Assembly: GCA_021770095.1 (NCBI GenBank)
Contig: JAETRQ010000004.1
Coordinates: forward strand, 30,998-94,997
Direction: 5' to 3'
Length of the DNA stretch: 64,000 nt
DNA from: Eubacteriaceae bacterium
GTDB taxonomy: Bacteria > Bacillota > Clostridia > Oscillospirales > Acutalibacteraceae
Shown here: positions 1 to 10,616 of the stretch, piece by piece
Layout: each line of letters begins with the position of its first letter
How positions within the stretch are numbered: the stretch's first letter is position 1
The notes under the pieces: generated by a model
What the model saw: only the letters and a program-made list of their open reading frames with translations
What the model was told of the DNA's origin: nothing
The model's database searches: none
Translations under genes and position numbers: made by a program

Positions 1-1
1 T

Positions 2-457
2 GCACAAATTTATGAAAATAATTTTGAATTTTTAAAAAAACTTCAGGCACAATTCGGTAATAATATAATTATAAACGGCAAACTCGACAGAAAAGCACTG
101 GCAAACATTGCTTTTTCTTCAAAAGAAAATACACAAAAGCTGAATCATATCGTTCATCCTGAAGTTATGCGTCTGTGCAAAAAAGATGCAGACGGACTTA
201 CCGTACTTGATGCACCGCAATTATTTGAAGCAAACGCACAGGACGAATGTTACAAAATCATTTCTGTCACTGCTCCGTATGAAATGCGGCTTGAAAGAAT
301 TATGAAACGGGATAAAATTTCAAAAGAACAGGCACAGCAGCGAATGAATGCCCAATTGGATGAAGAATATTATATAAACCATTCGGATTTTATAATAAAA
401 AACAACGGCGAGGATATAAAAAACCAAGTCGATAAAATTATTAATGAAATTTTATAA
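2..457 (+). CDS. coaE: dephospho-CoA kinase, C-terminal part (5' end lies outside the window)
   Basis: The frame is open from base 2. The translation ...GKLDRKALANIAFSSKENTQKLNHIVHPEVMRL...VLDAPQLFEA...ERIMKRD... reads like the CoaE C-terminal half. Confidence 0.8.
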   Translation, partial: AQIYENNFEFLKKLQAQFGNNIIINGKLDRKALANIAFSSKENTQKLNHIVHPEVMRLCKKDADGLTVLDAPQLFEANAQDECYKIISVTAPYEMRLERIMKRDKISKEQAQQRMNAQLDEEYYINHSDFIIKNNGEDIKNQVDKIINEIL

Positions 458-471
458 TAAGGAGATATACT

Positions 472-1878
472 ATGAGTGAAAAAACAAAAGCACAGGAACT
501 GAAAGAACTCCTTTTCAATAAAAAAGAAAACGGAGTCGACTTTATGAGTGAAGAAGAAATAAAACTCTGTGACGATTTTTGTGAAGGATACAAAAAATTC
601 CTTTTTGAAAACAAAACCGAACGTGAATTTGCAAAATCTGCACTTGAACTTGCAAAGGCAAACGGCTTTGCCCAATTTGATAAATTCGGCAAGGAACTCA
701 CTGCAGGTGAAAAAGTATATTATTTTAACAGAGGCAAGGCAATCATCCTTTGTGTTAAAGGTAAAAAATCTGTTAAAGAGGGTGTAAGAATCAGTGCTGC
801 CCACATAGATTCACCGCGCCTTGACCTGAAACAATGCCCCGTATATGAGGATGGTTCACTCGGTTTCTTCAAAACACATTATTACGGCGGAATTAAGAAA
901 TATCAATGGACAGCAATTCCGCTTTCTCTCCACGGACGAATCTGTAAAAATGACGGATCATATGTTGATGTCAGAATCGGTGAAGAAGCAGGCGAACCTA
1001 AGTTCTGTATTACTGATATTTTGCCTCATCTCGGTGCTGAACAGATGGCAAGAAAAGCAAATGAAATTGTAAAAGGCGAAGAACTCAATGTGGTTATCGG
1101 TTCACGCCCATTCAAAGATGATAAAGAAAGTGAACGAATCAAACTCAATATTCTCAATATTCTTCATGAAAAGTACGGTATTGTTGAACGTGATTTCCTT
1201 GCAGCGGAATTGGAACTTGTTCCTGCATTTACCGTGGATGACATCGGGTTTGACAGAAGTCTTATCGGCGGATACGGCCACGACGACCGTGTCTGTTCAT
1301 ACCCTGCAATGAAAGCCATTATGGATATGGAAAACACACCGGAATACACAGCAATCACTGTCCTTACCGACAAGGAAGAAACCGGTTCCGACGGCAACAC
1401 AGGTCTTAACTCAAGTTATCTTAAATACTTCATTGAAGATTTGGCAAGACTTGAAGGCTGTGAGGGCAGAGATGTTTTATCAAACTCAAAATGCCTTTCA
1501 GCAGATGTTAATGCTGCATTTGACCCAACATGGCCTACACAGTTTGAAAAGAACAATGCATCGTTCATAAACGAGGGTGTTGTTGTAACCAAATTCACGG
1601 GTGCAAGAGGAAAGAGCGGAACAAGTGACGCATCTGCTGAATATGTAAGTTTTGTTAAAAGCCTTTTGGAATCAAACAATGTTTTGTGGCAGAGCGGAGA
1701 ACTCGGAAAAGTTGATGCAGGCGGCGGCGGAACAGTCGCTATGTATATTGCAAACCTTGATGTTAATGTTATCGATGTTGGTGTACCTGTCCTTTCCATG
1801 CATTCGCCATATGAGATCGTAAGCAAAATTGACACATATATGGCATATAAAGCATTCAAAGTATTTTTTGAAAAATAA
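472..1878 (+). CDS. M18-family aminopeptidase (aminopeptidase 1-like)
   Basis: 468 aa with RBS AGGAGA upstream. AAHIDSPRLDLK, GYGHDDRVCSY and MHSPYE motifs are typical of M18/M42-type metallo-aminopeptidases. Confidence 0.85.
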   Translation: MSEKTKAQELKELLFNKKENGVDFMSEEEIKLCDDFCEGYKKFLFENKTEREFAKSALELAKANGFAQFDKFGKELTAGEKVYYFNRGKAIILCVKGKKSVKEGVRISAAHIDSPRLDLKQCPVYEDGSLGFFKTHYYGGIKKYQWTAIPLSLHGRICKNDGSYVDVRIGEEAGEPKFCITDILPHLGAEQMARKANEIVKGEELNVVIGSRPFKDDKESERIKLNILNILHEKYGIVERDFLAAELELVPAFTVDDIGFDRSLIGGYGHDDRVCSYPAMKAIMDMENTPEYTAITVLTDKEETGSDGNTGLNSSYLKYFIEDLARLEGCEGRDVLSNSKCLSADVNAAFDPTWPTQFEKNNASFINEGVVVTKFTGARGKSGTSDASAEYVSFVKSLLESNNVLWQSGELGKVDAGGGGTVAMYIANLDVNVIDVGVPVLSMHSPYEIVSKIDTYMAYKAFKVFFEK

Positions 1879-1889
1879 TTTGGAATATT

Positions 1890-2681
1890 ATGAAAAAAAT
1901 TCTTGTTATTGCAACAGGCGGAACAATTGCAACAGTAAAAGACAATCATCTTCATCTTGAAAATCCATTGAAGATTATGGATTATATTGAATATAAAGAC
2001 GTTGTATTTGAATGTGTTTCACCATTCTCTGTCCTGTCGGAAAATATGAATATTGACTTATGGAACCAACTCATCGAATATATTGGTCAAATTGATTTCG
2101 ACCAATATGACGGATTGATTGTTCTGCACGGGTCAGATACATTGGCATACACAGGTGCCATACTGGGCAATATTTTTTATGACAAAAAAATAATACTTGT
2201 TGCAAGTGACAAACCTGTTGAGGATGAATCATCCAACGCGATACCGAATTTCAGAACGGCAGTTGACTTTTTGCTTGATGGTGTGACAGGTGTGTATTTG
2301 AGTTATGACAAATTATTCAGAGCAGAAACAACAAACAGTGCAAACGAGAATGATGTGTTTTTTACTTCAGGAAAACAAAACGCACCATTGCAAAATCCTG
2401 TGCTGAAAAAGAAAAATATCCTTGTCATAAATCCATATGTCGGCATAGATTATAATAATTATAACCTTGACACTGTGGATGCAGTTCTGCACTCGATGTA
2501 TCATTCTGCCACAGCACCTGAGAATGTACTTGCATTTATACAAAAATGCAAAGATAAAAAGATTCCCTTTAATTTTGTAACAACAAAGAGTTCTGTTGAA
2601 TATGAAAGTGCAAAAGACTTTGAAAACATCATATTCAACTCTACAATTGAAAACGCATATGCAAGATTGCTGTTAACATAG
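1890..2681 (+). CDS. asparaginase-family protein (short, N-terminal catalytic domain only)
   Basis: KILVIATGGTIA (catalytic Thr motif) and LHGSDTLAYTGA (second asparaginase motif). At 263 aa it is shorter than the usual ~330 aa. Confidence 0.7.
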   Translation: MKKILVIATGGTIATVKDNHLHLENPLKIMDYIEYKDVVFECVSPFSVLSENMNIDLWNQLIEYIGQIDFDQYDGLIVLHGSDTLAYTGAILGNIFYDKKIILVASDKPVEDESSNAIPNFRTAVDFLLDGVTGVYLSYDKLFRAETTNSANENDVFFTSGKQNAPLQNPVLKKKNILVINPYVGIDYNNYNLDTVDAVLHSMYHSATAPENVLAFIQKCKDKKIPFNFVTTKSSVEYESAKDFENIIFNSTIENAYARLLLT

Positions 2682-2692
2682 AGGAAAATATT

Positions 2693-3151
2693 ATGAAGGA
2701 TTATATAAAGCCTGCTGTTTCTCTCATTTTATCTGCAATATCGGCAGAAATTATATATATAATTTTGTTCATGTTAAACATTGTTCATTATTACGAACTG
2801 CCTGATTGGAATGATAATATTCCTGCCGGCTGTACAATTACGATATTATTTTTGTTATTTAACTTTTTATATGGTTATATTTTCAGGTTAAATATTAAAA
2901 AGTGCATAATTGTACAGGGTATATATTTAATCATAAGTACAGTTTTAATGATTCTTTTCCATAATAGTGAAAATTATTTTTTGGTTTTATGCTATCCTAA
3001 CATCATTATAATTTGCTGGTTGGATGTTCTTCTGTACACCAAAAACATCTTTGTTTACGCTGTTTTATGTATTACATCTGTCGGATTGCCTGTTATATCT
3101 TCAATTGCAGGTACAAAAGTAAAATTAAAACATATACAAAAACACAGTTGA
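2693..3151 (+). CDS. hypothetical polytopic membrane protein
   Basis: 152 aa with about 5 hydrophobic helices. No recognisable motif. Confidence 0.5.
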   Translation: MKDYIKPAVSLILSAISAEIIYIILFMLNIVHYYELPDWNDNIPAGCTITILFLLFNFLYGYIFRLNIKKCIIVQGIYLIISTVLMILFHNSENYFLVLCYPNIIIICWLDVLLYTKNIFVYAVLCITSVGLPVISSIAGTKVKLKHIQKHS

Positions 3152-3176
3152 CAAAATAAAAAAATAGTGATATATT
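3148..3176 (+). promoter_or_regulatory. sigma-A type promoter of the trp operon leader
   Basis: TTGACA (3148-3153), 17-nt spacer ending in TGa, then TATATT (3171-3176). It sits about 20 nt upstream of the T-box leader. Confidence 0.55.
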
Positions 3177-3194
3177 ATTTAAAAATTGATAATC

Positions 3195-3470
3195 AAACCG
3201 ATGATGCGGAGATAAAAATAAGATACGCAATTACAGAGAGTTCCTGTTGCTGAAAATGGAGCATTAAACGGCTTATTAAATGGACCGCTGAGGGTGCAGT
3301 GAAAGGCAGTGCCGAGTATCCTGCAACGCTTTGACCGGCGTTATTGGGTCGGAGATATGATAGTATCTTGCTTAAAGTGTGTGGCAAAGCCATAAATCAA
3401 GGTGGCACCGCGGAATGTAGATTTCGTCCTTGGTAGTATATTCATACTACCAAGGACTTTTTATTTTTTC
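3195..3470 (+). promoter_or_regulatory. T-box riboswitch leader, tryptophan specifier (TGG)
   Basis: Stem I AGAGAG element (3235-3240). Specifier-loop context GAAA-TGG-A with TGG at 3257-3259. Conserved T-box sequence AAATCAAGGTGGCACCGCGG at 3394-3413, followed by a terminator hairpin. It lies directly upstream of trpE. Confidence 0.85.
3426..3469 (+). terminator. T-box attenuator terminator
   Basis: 14-bp perfect stem GTCCTTGGTAGTAT/ATACTACCAAGGAC with loop ATTC, followed by TTTTTATTTTTT. Confidence 0.85.
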
Positions 3471-3483
3471 AGGAGATGATGAA

Positions 3484-4944
3484 ATGACAATAAGACCAAA
3501 TTTGAATGAGATAAAAGACAAATATTCATCATACAAAACAGTACCAATCAGCACACAAATACCGCTTTCAATCTCAGCGATTGACGTGCTGAAAAAACTG
3601 AAAAAAATCAGTTCGCATTGCTATATGCTTGAATCTGTTGAAGATACAAATGAAACCGGACGATACACTTTTCTCGGATTTGACCCGAAAATGGAAATCA
3701 GCTGTACAAACAGCAATGTGACTGTCATTGACGAATATGGTGTAAAAAAATACAACGACAATCCAAAAAAGTATATTCAGTCCATACTGGATGAACATAA
3801 GAGCCCACGGCTTGAATTTCTGCCGACTTTTACAGGCGGGCTTGTGGGATACTTCGGATATGATTACATCAAATACAGCGAGCCTAACCTTACACTTGAT
3901 GCCGATGATGACGGCAGTTTCAAAGATGTTGATCTTATGCTGTTTGACAAAGTAATCGCATTTGACAACAAAGAAAAAACCATATTCCTGATTGCAAATA
4001 TGCAGACATCAGATATAGATAACAACTTCCGCACCGCGGAAAAAGAAATAGAAATAATGAAAAACATTATTGAAAATGGTGAATGTTCAGAACCGCCCAG
4101 ACCTGTCCTCAAAACAGACTTCAAACCGATTTTCAATGCACAGCAATACGAAACAATGGTTGAGAAAGCAAAACATTATATCCGTGAGGGTGATATTTTT
4201 CAGGTAGTCTTATCAAACAGGCTTGAGGCTGAAATGGACGGCTCTCTGTTTGCAGCGTATGAAGTGTTAAGAAAACTTAACCCATCGCCATATATGTTCT
4301 ACTTTTCTTCCGATGATATTGAAATTGCAGGAGCTTCTCCGGAAACACTCGTAAAACTTGACAATAAAACGCTGTATACGTATCCGCTTGCAGGCACAAG
4401 ACCAAGAGGAAAAACACCGGCTGAGGACGAAGAACTTGAAGCATCACTTATGTGTGACCCCAAAGAACTTTCAGAACACAATATGCTTGTTGACCTGGGC
4501 AGAAATGATTTGGGTAAAATCAGCAAATTTTCAACAGTTAAGGTTGACAAATATCACCAGATACTCAAGTTCAGCCATGTAATGCACATTGGTTCAACCG
4601 TTAAGGGAGAAATCAGAGATGATAAGAATGCACTTGACGCAGTGGATGCGGTATTGCCTGCAGGTACACTGTCAGGCGCACCGAAAATCAGGGCAATGGA
4701 AATTATCAATGAACTTGAAAATAATAAACGAGGCATATACGGCGGAGCAATCGGTTATATGGATTTGACAGGTAATCTTGACACCTGCATTGCAATACGA
4801 ATTGCATTCAAAAAGAACGGTAAAGTTTATATCCGTTCAGGTGCAGGAATTGTTGCAGATTCTGTCCCTGAAAAAGAGCATCAGGAATGTATCAACAAAG
4901 CGAAAGCGGTAATCAATGCACTTCAAATCAGTCAGGAGGGATAG
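3484..4944 (+). CDS. trpE: anthranilate synthase component I
   Basis: I take the start as ATG 3484 (RBS CAGGAG), because the ORF-track start at 3430 lies inside the terminator hairpin. Chorismate-binding motifs LSNRL, GASPE, PLAGTRPRG, GRNDLGK and GGAIGY are present. Confidence 0.93.
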   Translation: MTIRPNLNEIKDKYSSYKTVPISTQIPLSISAIDVLKKLKKISSHCYMLESVEDTNETGRYTFLGFDPKMEISCTNSNVTVIDEYGVKKYNDNPKKYIQSILDEHKSPRLEFLPTFTGGLVGYFGYDYIKYSEPNLTLDADDDGSFKDVDLMLFDKVIAFDNKEKTIFLIANMQTSDIDNNFRTAEKEIEIMKNIIENGECSEPPRPVLKTDFKPIFNAQQYETMVEKAKHYIREGDIFQVVLSNRLEAEMDGSLFAAYEVLRKLNPSPYMFYFSSDDIEIAGASPETLVKLDNKTLYTYPLAGTRPRGKTPAEDEELEASLMCDPKELSEHNMLVDLGRNDLGKISKFSTVKVDKYHQILKFSHVMHIGSTVKGEIRDDKNALDAVDAVLPAGTLSGAPKIRAMEIINELENNKRGIYGGAIGYMDLTGNLDTCIAIRIAFKKNGKVYIRSGAGIVADSVPEKEHQECINKAKAVINALQISQEG

Positions 4945-4945
4945 T

Positions 4946-5512
4946 GTGATTTTATTAATAGATAACTATGATTCATTTTCATACAACTTATATCAACTTA
5001 TCGGTTCAATCAATCCTGATATAAAAGTAATCAGAAATGATGAGATGACTGTTGACGAAATCAGTGAACTATCACCTGAATACATTATTTTATCCCCCGG
5101 ACCGAAAACACCTGATGATGCAGGTGTATGCGTTGAGGTTGCCAAAACGCTCGGCACAAAATCAAAAATACTCGGCGTCTGCCTCGGTCATCAGTCAATC
5201 TGTCAGGCATTTGGTGCAACAGTAAGTTATGCAAAGGAATTGATGCACGGCAAACAAAGCATTTGCAATATTGCCACATCAGCCAAAATATTCAAGGGAA
5301 TGGAAGATAAAATCCCTGTTGCAAGGTATCATTCACTCGCAGCAATAAAAGATACAATGCCCAATTGCCTTGAAATTATCGGAGAAACCGATGACGGCGA
5401 AATTATGGCAGTAAAACACCGAAACATGGAAATCTACGGACTTCAATTCCATCCGGAATCTATAATGACACCTGACGGAATAAAAATACTGAGAAACTTT
5501 TTGGAAATATAG
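4946..5512 (+). CDS. trpG: anthranilate synthase component II (glutamine amidotransferase)
   Basis: GTG start at 4946, 6 nt after RBS AGGAGGG and 1 nt after the trpE stop. LLIDNYDSFSYNL, GVCLGHQ (catalytic Cys) and YGLQFHPES motifs. Confidence 0.9.
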   Translation: MILLIDNYDSFSYNLYQLIGSINPDIKVIRNDEMTVDEISELSPEYIILSPGPKTPDDAGVCVEVAKTLGTKSKILGVCLGHQSICQAFGATVSYAKELMHGKQSICNIATSAKIFKGMEDKIPVARYHSLAAIKDTMPNCLEIIGETDDGEIMAVKHRNMEIYGLQFHPESIMTPDGIKILRNFLEI

Positions 5513-5525
5513 CGGAGGGGTATCT

Positions 5526-6539
5526 ATGATTAAAGAATTATTAAACAAAGTTGCCGCAAAACAAGACTTAACATTTGACGAGGCAAAACAAGCCGTTGAT
5601 GAAATTATGAGCGGCGAAGTTTCTTCTGTTATCATTTCATCTTTCCTCACTGCACTGGCTGTTAAAGGTGAGACTGATGAGGAAATCGCAGGAGCTGCTG
5701 AGGGTATGCGTTCAAAATGCCTTCCTTTTAACATCGACACACATGCACTTGATATTGTCGGAACAGGCGGAGATAAATCAAATTCATTCAACATATCTAC
5801 TGTTTCATCTTTTGTTGCACGTGCCGCAGGGGTAACGATTGCAAAACACGGAAACAGAGCCGCATCATCCAAGTGCGGAACAGCTGACTGTCTTGAGGCT
5901 CTCGGTGTTAAAATTGACTGTGACCCCGAAGTAATGCAAAAAAGTCTGGCTGATAATAAAATCGTATTTTTCTTTGCACAAAAATACCACAGTGCAATGC
6001 GATATGTGGGTCCTGTCCGTAAAGAACTCGGCATCAGAACTGTATTCAACATACTCGGCCCTTTAACAAATCCCGGTCATGCAGACCAGATGGTGCTCGG
6101 CGTTTTCAGTGAAGATTATGTTGAAAAAATTGCAAAAGCACTTATTAAACTCGGTGTTACAGATGCATTTGTTGTTCACGGAAATGATGGACTTGATGAG
6201 ATCAGTGCAAGTGATTCAACAATGGTTTGCGAGGTACGAAACGGAGAAATAACCAAATATGAAATCAAACCTGAAGATTTCGGATTCAAAAGAGTCAAAA
6301 AAGAGGAATTGCTCGGAGATACGCCTGAAGAAAATGCAAGAATTGCAACAAATATTCTTTTGGGCAAAGGAACCACTGCACAAAATACTGCCGTTATTAT
6401 GAACGCAGGTGCATGTATATATATTGCAGAAAAAAATATAACCCTTGCAGAGTCTATGAAAAAGGCTGAAGAAGTTCTGTTGTCAGGCAAAGGATATGAT
6501 GTACTGAAAGCCTTTATCAACACAACGAATGGTGAATGA
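5526..6539 (+). CDS. trpD: anthranilate phosphoribosyltransferase
   Basis: LDIVGTGGDKSNSFNIST and KHGNRAASSKCGTAD motifs. RBS GGAGGGG. Confidence 0.93.
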   Translation: MIKELLNKVAAKQDLTFDEAKQAVDEIMSGEVSSVIISSFLTALAVKGETDEEIAGAAEGMRSKCLPFNIDTHALDIVGTGGDKSNSFNISTVSSFVARAAGVTIAKHGNRAASSKCGTADCLEALGVKIDCDPEVMQKSLADNKIVFFFAQKYHSAMRYVGPVRKELGIRTVFNILGPLTNPGHADQMVLGVFSEDYVEKIAKALIKLGVTDAFVVHGNDGLDEISASDSTMVCEVRNGEITKYEIKPEDFGFKRVKKEELLGDTPEENARIATNILLGKGTTAQNTAVIMNAGACIYIAEKNITLAESMKKAEEVLLSGKGYDVLKAFINTTNGE

Positions 6540-7330
6540 TTATGCCGGATATATTAAATACAATTGCACAGTACACACAAAAAAGATATGAGAAAATAAT
6601 AGATGAAAAACCGCTTGATGTTGTTAAGGCAGAGGCACTTGCACTGCCGACAGGAAAGTTTGAATTTGAACAGACATTGAAAAGCGATACGCTTTCTTTT
6701 ATATGTGAAGTCAAAAAAGCATCGCCTTCAAAGGGAATTATTGCAGAAGATTTCCCCTATCTGCAAATCGCAAAAGAATACGAACAAGCAGGTGCAAGTT
6801 GTATCAGCTGCCTTACTGAACCAAAATGGTTTATGGGCAAAGATGAATATCTTGACAAAATTACCAAAACAGTATCAATCCCCGTACTGAGAAAAGACTT
6901 CACTGTCTGTGAATACCAGATATATGAATCAAAAATTCTTGGAGCAAAAGCAATACTTTTAATCTGTGCACTGCTCGATACACAAACCATAAAAAAGTAT
7001 ATTCAGATTGCTGACAGTCTCGGTATATCTGCTGTTGTAGAGGCGCACGATGAACAGGAGATAAAATCAGCGATAAAAGCAGGCGCAAGGATAATCGGTG
7101 TTAACAACAGAAATCTAAAAGACTTTACTGTTGATGTTAACAACTCTGCAAAATACAGGCAGATGATACCTGAAGATATAATATTTATATCTGAAAGCGG
7201 AATAAAAACACATCAGGATATTGAAGTGCTGATTAACAACAAAACAGATGCCGTTCTGATAGGCGAAACATTTATGAAAGCAAGCGATAAAAGCAAAATG
7301 CTGAAGGAACTTTTATATGGCAAAGATTAA
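6536..7330 (+). CDS. trpC: indole-3-glycerol-phosphate synthase
   Basis: FICEVKKASPSKG, LTEPKWF and IIGVNNRNLKDF motifs. ATGA overlap with the trpD stop. Confidence 0.93.
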   Translation: MIMPDILNTIAQYTQKRYEKIIDEKPLDVVKAEALALPTGKFEFEQTLKSDTLSFICEVKKASPSKGIIAEDFPYLQIAKEYEQAGASCISCLTEPKWFMGKDEYLDKITKTVSIPVLRKDFTVCEYQIYESKILGAKAILLICALLDTQTIKKYIQIADSLGISAVVEAHDEQEIKSAIKAGARIIGVNNRNLKDFTVDVNNSAKYRQMIPEDIIFISESGIKTHQDIEVLINNKTDAVLIGETFMKASDKSKMLKELLYGKD

Positions 7331-7895
7331 AATATGCGGACTGAAAAGGAAAGAAGATATTTACTATGTTAATGAACTGAAACCTGACTATATCGGCTTC
7401 ATTCTGACAGACGGATTCAGGCGGAGTATTTCCGTATCACTAGCAAGAGAGTTATATTCATTACTTGATAAAGATATAAAAACAGTCGGCGTATTTGTTA
7501 ATGATGATATTGAAAAAATCAACTCCGCAGTAGACGAAGGAATCATTGACATCGTTCAGCTGCACGGACAGGAAAGCCCTGAATACTGCAAAAAAATAAA
7601 GGCTCCTGTGATCAAATATTTTGCGCCTCCGGATTTTGATAATATAACGGACTATGACACTGAATATTATCTTTTTGATTCCGGTACAGGGAGCGGAAAG
7701 ACATTTGACTGGGATAAAATCCCGCAGAGCGAAAAACCATTTTTCCTTGCAGGAGGAATAAATAAAAATAATATTAAAACTGCAATTGACAGAATAAATC
7801 CATACTGCATTGACCTGTCATCCGCAGTTGAAACAAATGGAGTAAAAGATTATAATAAAATAAATGAAATTATGGAGTGTATGAAAAATGAGTAA
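7317..7895 (+). CDS. trpF: phosphoribosylanthranilate isomerase
   Basis: KIKICGL, PDYIGFI, VQLHG and GGINKNN motifs. Overlaps the trpC end. Confidence 0.9.
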   Translation: MAKIKICGLKRKEDIYYVNELKPDYIGFILTDGFRRSISVSLARELYSLLDKDIKTVGVFVNDDIEKINSAVDEGIIDIVQLHGQESPEYCKKIKAPVIKYFAPPDFDNITDYDTEYYLFDSGTGSGKTFDWDKIPQSEKPFFLAGGINKNNIKTAIDRINPYCIDLSSAVETNGVKDYNKINEIMECMKNE

Positions 7896-9072
7896 AGGCA
7901 GATACGGTATACACGGTGGGCAGTATATCCCTGAAACACTGATGAATGAAATCATAAATTTGGAAAAAGCCTATGAATATTATAAAAATGATCCTGAATT
8001 CAATAAAGAACTGACAACTCTGCTCAATGAATATGCAGGCAGACCATCACTTCTCTATTATGCCGAAAAGATGACAAAGGATCTTGGCGGTGCAAAAATA
8101 TATTTCAAACGAGAAGACCTCAATCATACAGGCAGCCACAAAATCAACAATGTACTCGGCCAATGCCTGCTTGCAAAAAAGTTAGGCAAAACCAGAGTTA
8201 TTGCTGAAACAGGCGCAGGACAGCATGGTGTTGCAACCGCAACGGCAGCGGCACTTATGGGTATGGAATGTGAAATATTTATGGGGAAAGAAGATACGGA
8301 CCGACAGGCACTTAATGTTTATCGTATGGAACTGCTCGGTGCAAAAGTGCATCCCGTTACAACAGGAACAATGACACTCAAAGATGCCGTAAACGAGGCA
8401 ATGCGTGAATGGGTATCCAGAGTTGATGATACATTTTATGTTCTTGGCTCCGTTATGGGTCCGCATCCTTATCCGATGATTGTAAGAGATTTCCAATCCG
8501 TTATATCAAAAGAAGCAAGAGAACAAATACTTGAACTTGAGGGTAAATTACCAACTGCTGTAATGGCGTGTGTCGGCGGCGGCTCAAATGCAATGGGAAT
8601 GTTCTACAACTTCATTAATGACAGTGATGTCCGCCTTATCGGATGTGAAGCTGCGGGCAAAGGCATCCATACAGGAGAAACGGCTGCAACCATTGCAACC
8701 GGTACACTTGGCGTTTTCCACGGAATGAAGTCCTATTTCTGCCAGAATGAATACGGTCAGATTGCTCCGGTATATTCAATCAGTGCCGGTCTCGATTATC
8801 CGGGAATCGGTCCTGAGCATGCAAATCTGCATGATACAGGCAGAGCCGAATATGTGCCTGTAACCGATGAAGAGGCAGTCAATGCATTTGAATACATTGC
8901 AAAAACGGAAGGAATTATATGTGCAATTGAATCCGCACATGCTGTGGCTCATTTAATGAAAATTGCACCTGATATGAGCAAAGATGATATTATCATCTGC
9001 TGTCTTTCAGGCAGAGGTGACAAGGATGTTGCCGCAATAGCAAGATACAGGGGGATTGAAATACATGAATAA
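7888..9072 (+). CDS. trpB: tryptophan synthase beta chain
   Basis: [15 protein letters not shown] (PLP lysine), [12 protein letters not shown] and GGGSNAMG motifs. Confidence 0.96.
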   Translation: MSKGRYGIHGGQYIPETLMNEIINLEKAYEYYKNDPEFNKELTTLLNEYAGRPSLLYYAEKMTKDLGGAKIYFKREDLNHTGSHKINNVLGQCLLAKKLGKTRVIAETGAGQHGVATATAAALMGMECEIFMGKEDTDRQALNVYRMELLGAKVHPVTTGTMTLKDAVNEAMREWVSRVDDTFYVLGSVMGPHPYPMIVRDFQSVISKEAREQILELEGKLPTAVMACVGGGSNAMGMFYNFINDSDVRLIGCEAAGKGIHTGETAATIATGTLGVFHGMKSYFCQNEYGQIAPVYSISAGLDYPGIGPEHANLHDTGRAEYVPVTDEEAVNAFEYIAKTEGIICAIESAHAVAHLMKIAPDMSKDDIIICCLSGRGDKDVAAIARYRGIEIHE

Positions 9073-9835
9073 AATTTCAAAAGCATTTGAAAACGGAAAA
9101 GCATTTATCGGCTTTGTTACAGCAGGAGACCCTGACCTTGCAACAAGCGAACAAATTATGCTCAATATGGCAAAAGCAGGGTGCGACCTTATTGAAATCG
9201 GAATTCCTTTTTCCGATCCTATTGCAGAAGGTCCTGTTATTCAGGAGGCAAATCTGCGTTCACTCAGTCAAGGAACAACGACTGACAAAGTATTTGAATT
9301 AACAAAAAAAGTATCCGCACAGGTGGATATTCCGCTTGTGTATATGACATACCTGAATGTACTTTTCAAATACGGATATGACAGATTTTTGCAAAATGCC
9401 AGTGATGCAGGTATATCAGGTGTTATCATCCCCGATATGCCGTTTGAGGAAAAAGATGAACTCCAGTCTGTTGCAAAAAATTACGGAATTGAAGTTGTGT
9501 CCCTGATTGCACCAACAAGCGAAGACAGAATTAAAATGATTGCAAAAAATGCTGAAGGATTTATATACACAGTCTCATCAATGGGTGTTACGGGAACACG
9601 GAATGAAATCAAAACTGACCTTAATTCAATCACAAGTGCAATCAAAGAAGTTACCGACATGCCTGTGGCAATCGGTTTCGGAATCAACACTCCGGAGCAG
9701 GCGAAAAAATACAGTGCCATTGCAGATGGCGTAATTGTCGGCTCGGCAATTGTAAAAATCATTGAGCAATACGGTACAAACGCACCGGAAAAAGTTTTTG
9801 ACTATGTAAAATCAATGAAAGACGCAATAAGATAA
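9065..9835 (+). CDS. trpA: tryptophan synthase alpha chain
   Basis: ATG 9065 overlaps the trpB stop (ATGAATAA). An in-frame TTG at 9056 is an alternative start. Motifs [22 protein letters not shown] and GFGI. Confidence 0.93.
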   Translation: MNKISKAFENGKAFIGFVTAGDPDLATSEQIMLNMAKAGCDLIEIGIPFSDPIAEGPVIQEANLRSLSQGTTTDKVFELTKKVSAQVDIPLVYMTYLNVLFKYGYDRFLQNASDAGISGVIIPDMPFEEKDELQSVAKNYGIEVVSLIAPTSEDRIKMIAKNAEGFIYTVSSMGVTGTRNEIKTDLNSITSAIKEVTDMPVAIGFGINTPEQAKKYSAIADGVIVGSAIVKIIEQYGTNAPEKVFDYVKSMKDAIR

Positions 9836-9848
9836 ATATAGAAAAAAG

Positions 9849-9886
9849 CACCCTCCTGATGAAAAACATCAGGAGGGTGTTATATT
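9849..9886 (+). terminator. rho-independent terminator of the trp operon
   Basis: 13-bp stem CACCCTCCTGATG/CATCAGGAGGGTG with loop AAAAA, followed by TTATATT. Confidence 0.75.
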
Positions 9887-9975
9887 AAAAAACTTAAAGA
9901 ATTATCTACAACAGTTTTATGCAGAATGGGCAGTCAAAAAACAAGTAAAAACATATAAATACTTTTTATTAAATG

Positions 9976-10557
9976 TTATTTTCCATGATTACCTTTCCAC
10001 TGCTTTATTTTTTTACATTGCTTTAGATAACCATAAATATAATAAACAGAAAAAAATAAACAGAAAGTAATGCACAATAATACGAATGCTATTTCTACAA
10101 TGTTTAATGTCGTAAAATTTTTTGTTGTCATAATCCCTGCAAACGTAACAAGAGATAAAAGCAATAGCATAAATAAAGATATGAAAATTTTTTGTAAAAA
10201 CACATGTTTTATAAAATCATCTCGTATACCATAAAGTAAAGCAAGTTCACTTTTTAGTTCAGTAGTTCTGAAAAGTTTATAATAACTGGATTTATTATTG
10301 ACTGGATGACCTTTATGATTAGATGATATAGCATAATCACAACTCATCATATTTTGTCCCCTGGGAGATATGTAAGACAGAAAATAGCTTACTTCTTTAG
10401 GGCTTGATTTCTTAAAATAAAACCAATAAGAATTTTTTACGTAGACTGTTCTGTATCCTTGTTTTTCCATTTCTTCCAGAGTTTTTTCGAGTTCATCTAT
10501 TTTCCATAATGGAAAATAGATGAATTTTTTAGTGTTAGATTCCTTCATATTTTTCAC
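9976..10557 (-). CDS. DUF2812-like membrane protein
   Basis: The N-terminus FIYFPLWKIDELEKTLEEMEKQGYR followed by C-terminal TM helices matches the layout I associate with DUF2812. Assignment is from memory only. Confidence 0.45.
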   Translation of the reverse strand: MKNMKESNTKKFIYFPLWKIDELEKTLEEMEKQGYRTVYVKNSYWFYFKKSSPKEVSYFLSYISPRGQNMMSCDYAISSNHKGHPVNNKSSYYKLFRTTELKSELALLYGIRDDFIKHVFLQKIFISLFMLLLLSLVTFAGIMTTKNFTTLNIVEIAFVLLCITFCLFFSVYYIYGYLKQCKKIKQWKGNHGK

Positions 10558-10616
10558 CTAAATAATTTCTTGATAAACTTTTTCATCAAGAAATTACTAT
10601 GATGCCAATCCTGTGT

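Noticed and set aside
370-1955. Antisense and alternate-frame ORFs (370-804, 441-701, 569-787, 1164-1400, 1416-1955, etc.) overlapping coaE, the aminopeptidase and the asparaginase genes
   Set aside because: They lie inside well-supported genes, have low-complexity translations and lack RBSs. They are shadow ORFs typical of AT-rich DNA.
3193-3393. 66-aa minus-strand ORF in the trp leader
   Set aside because: It lies entirely within the T-box riboswitch. The structured RNA explains the sequence.
5333-6052. 239-aa antisense ORF across trpG/trpD
   Set aside because: It lies opposite two strongly supported trp genes and its translation is unrecognisable.
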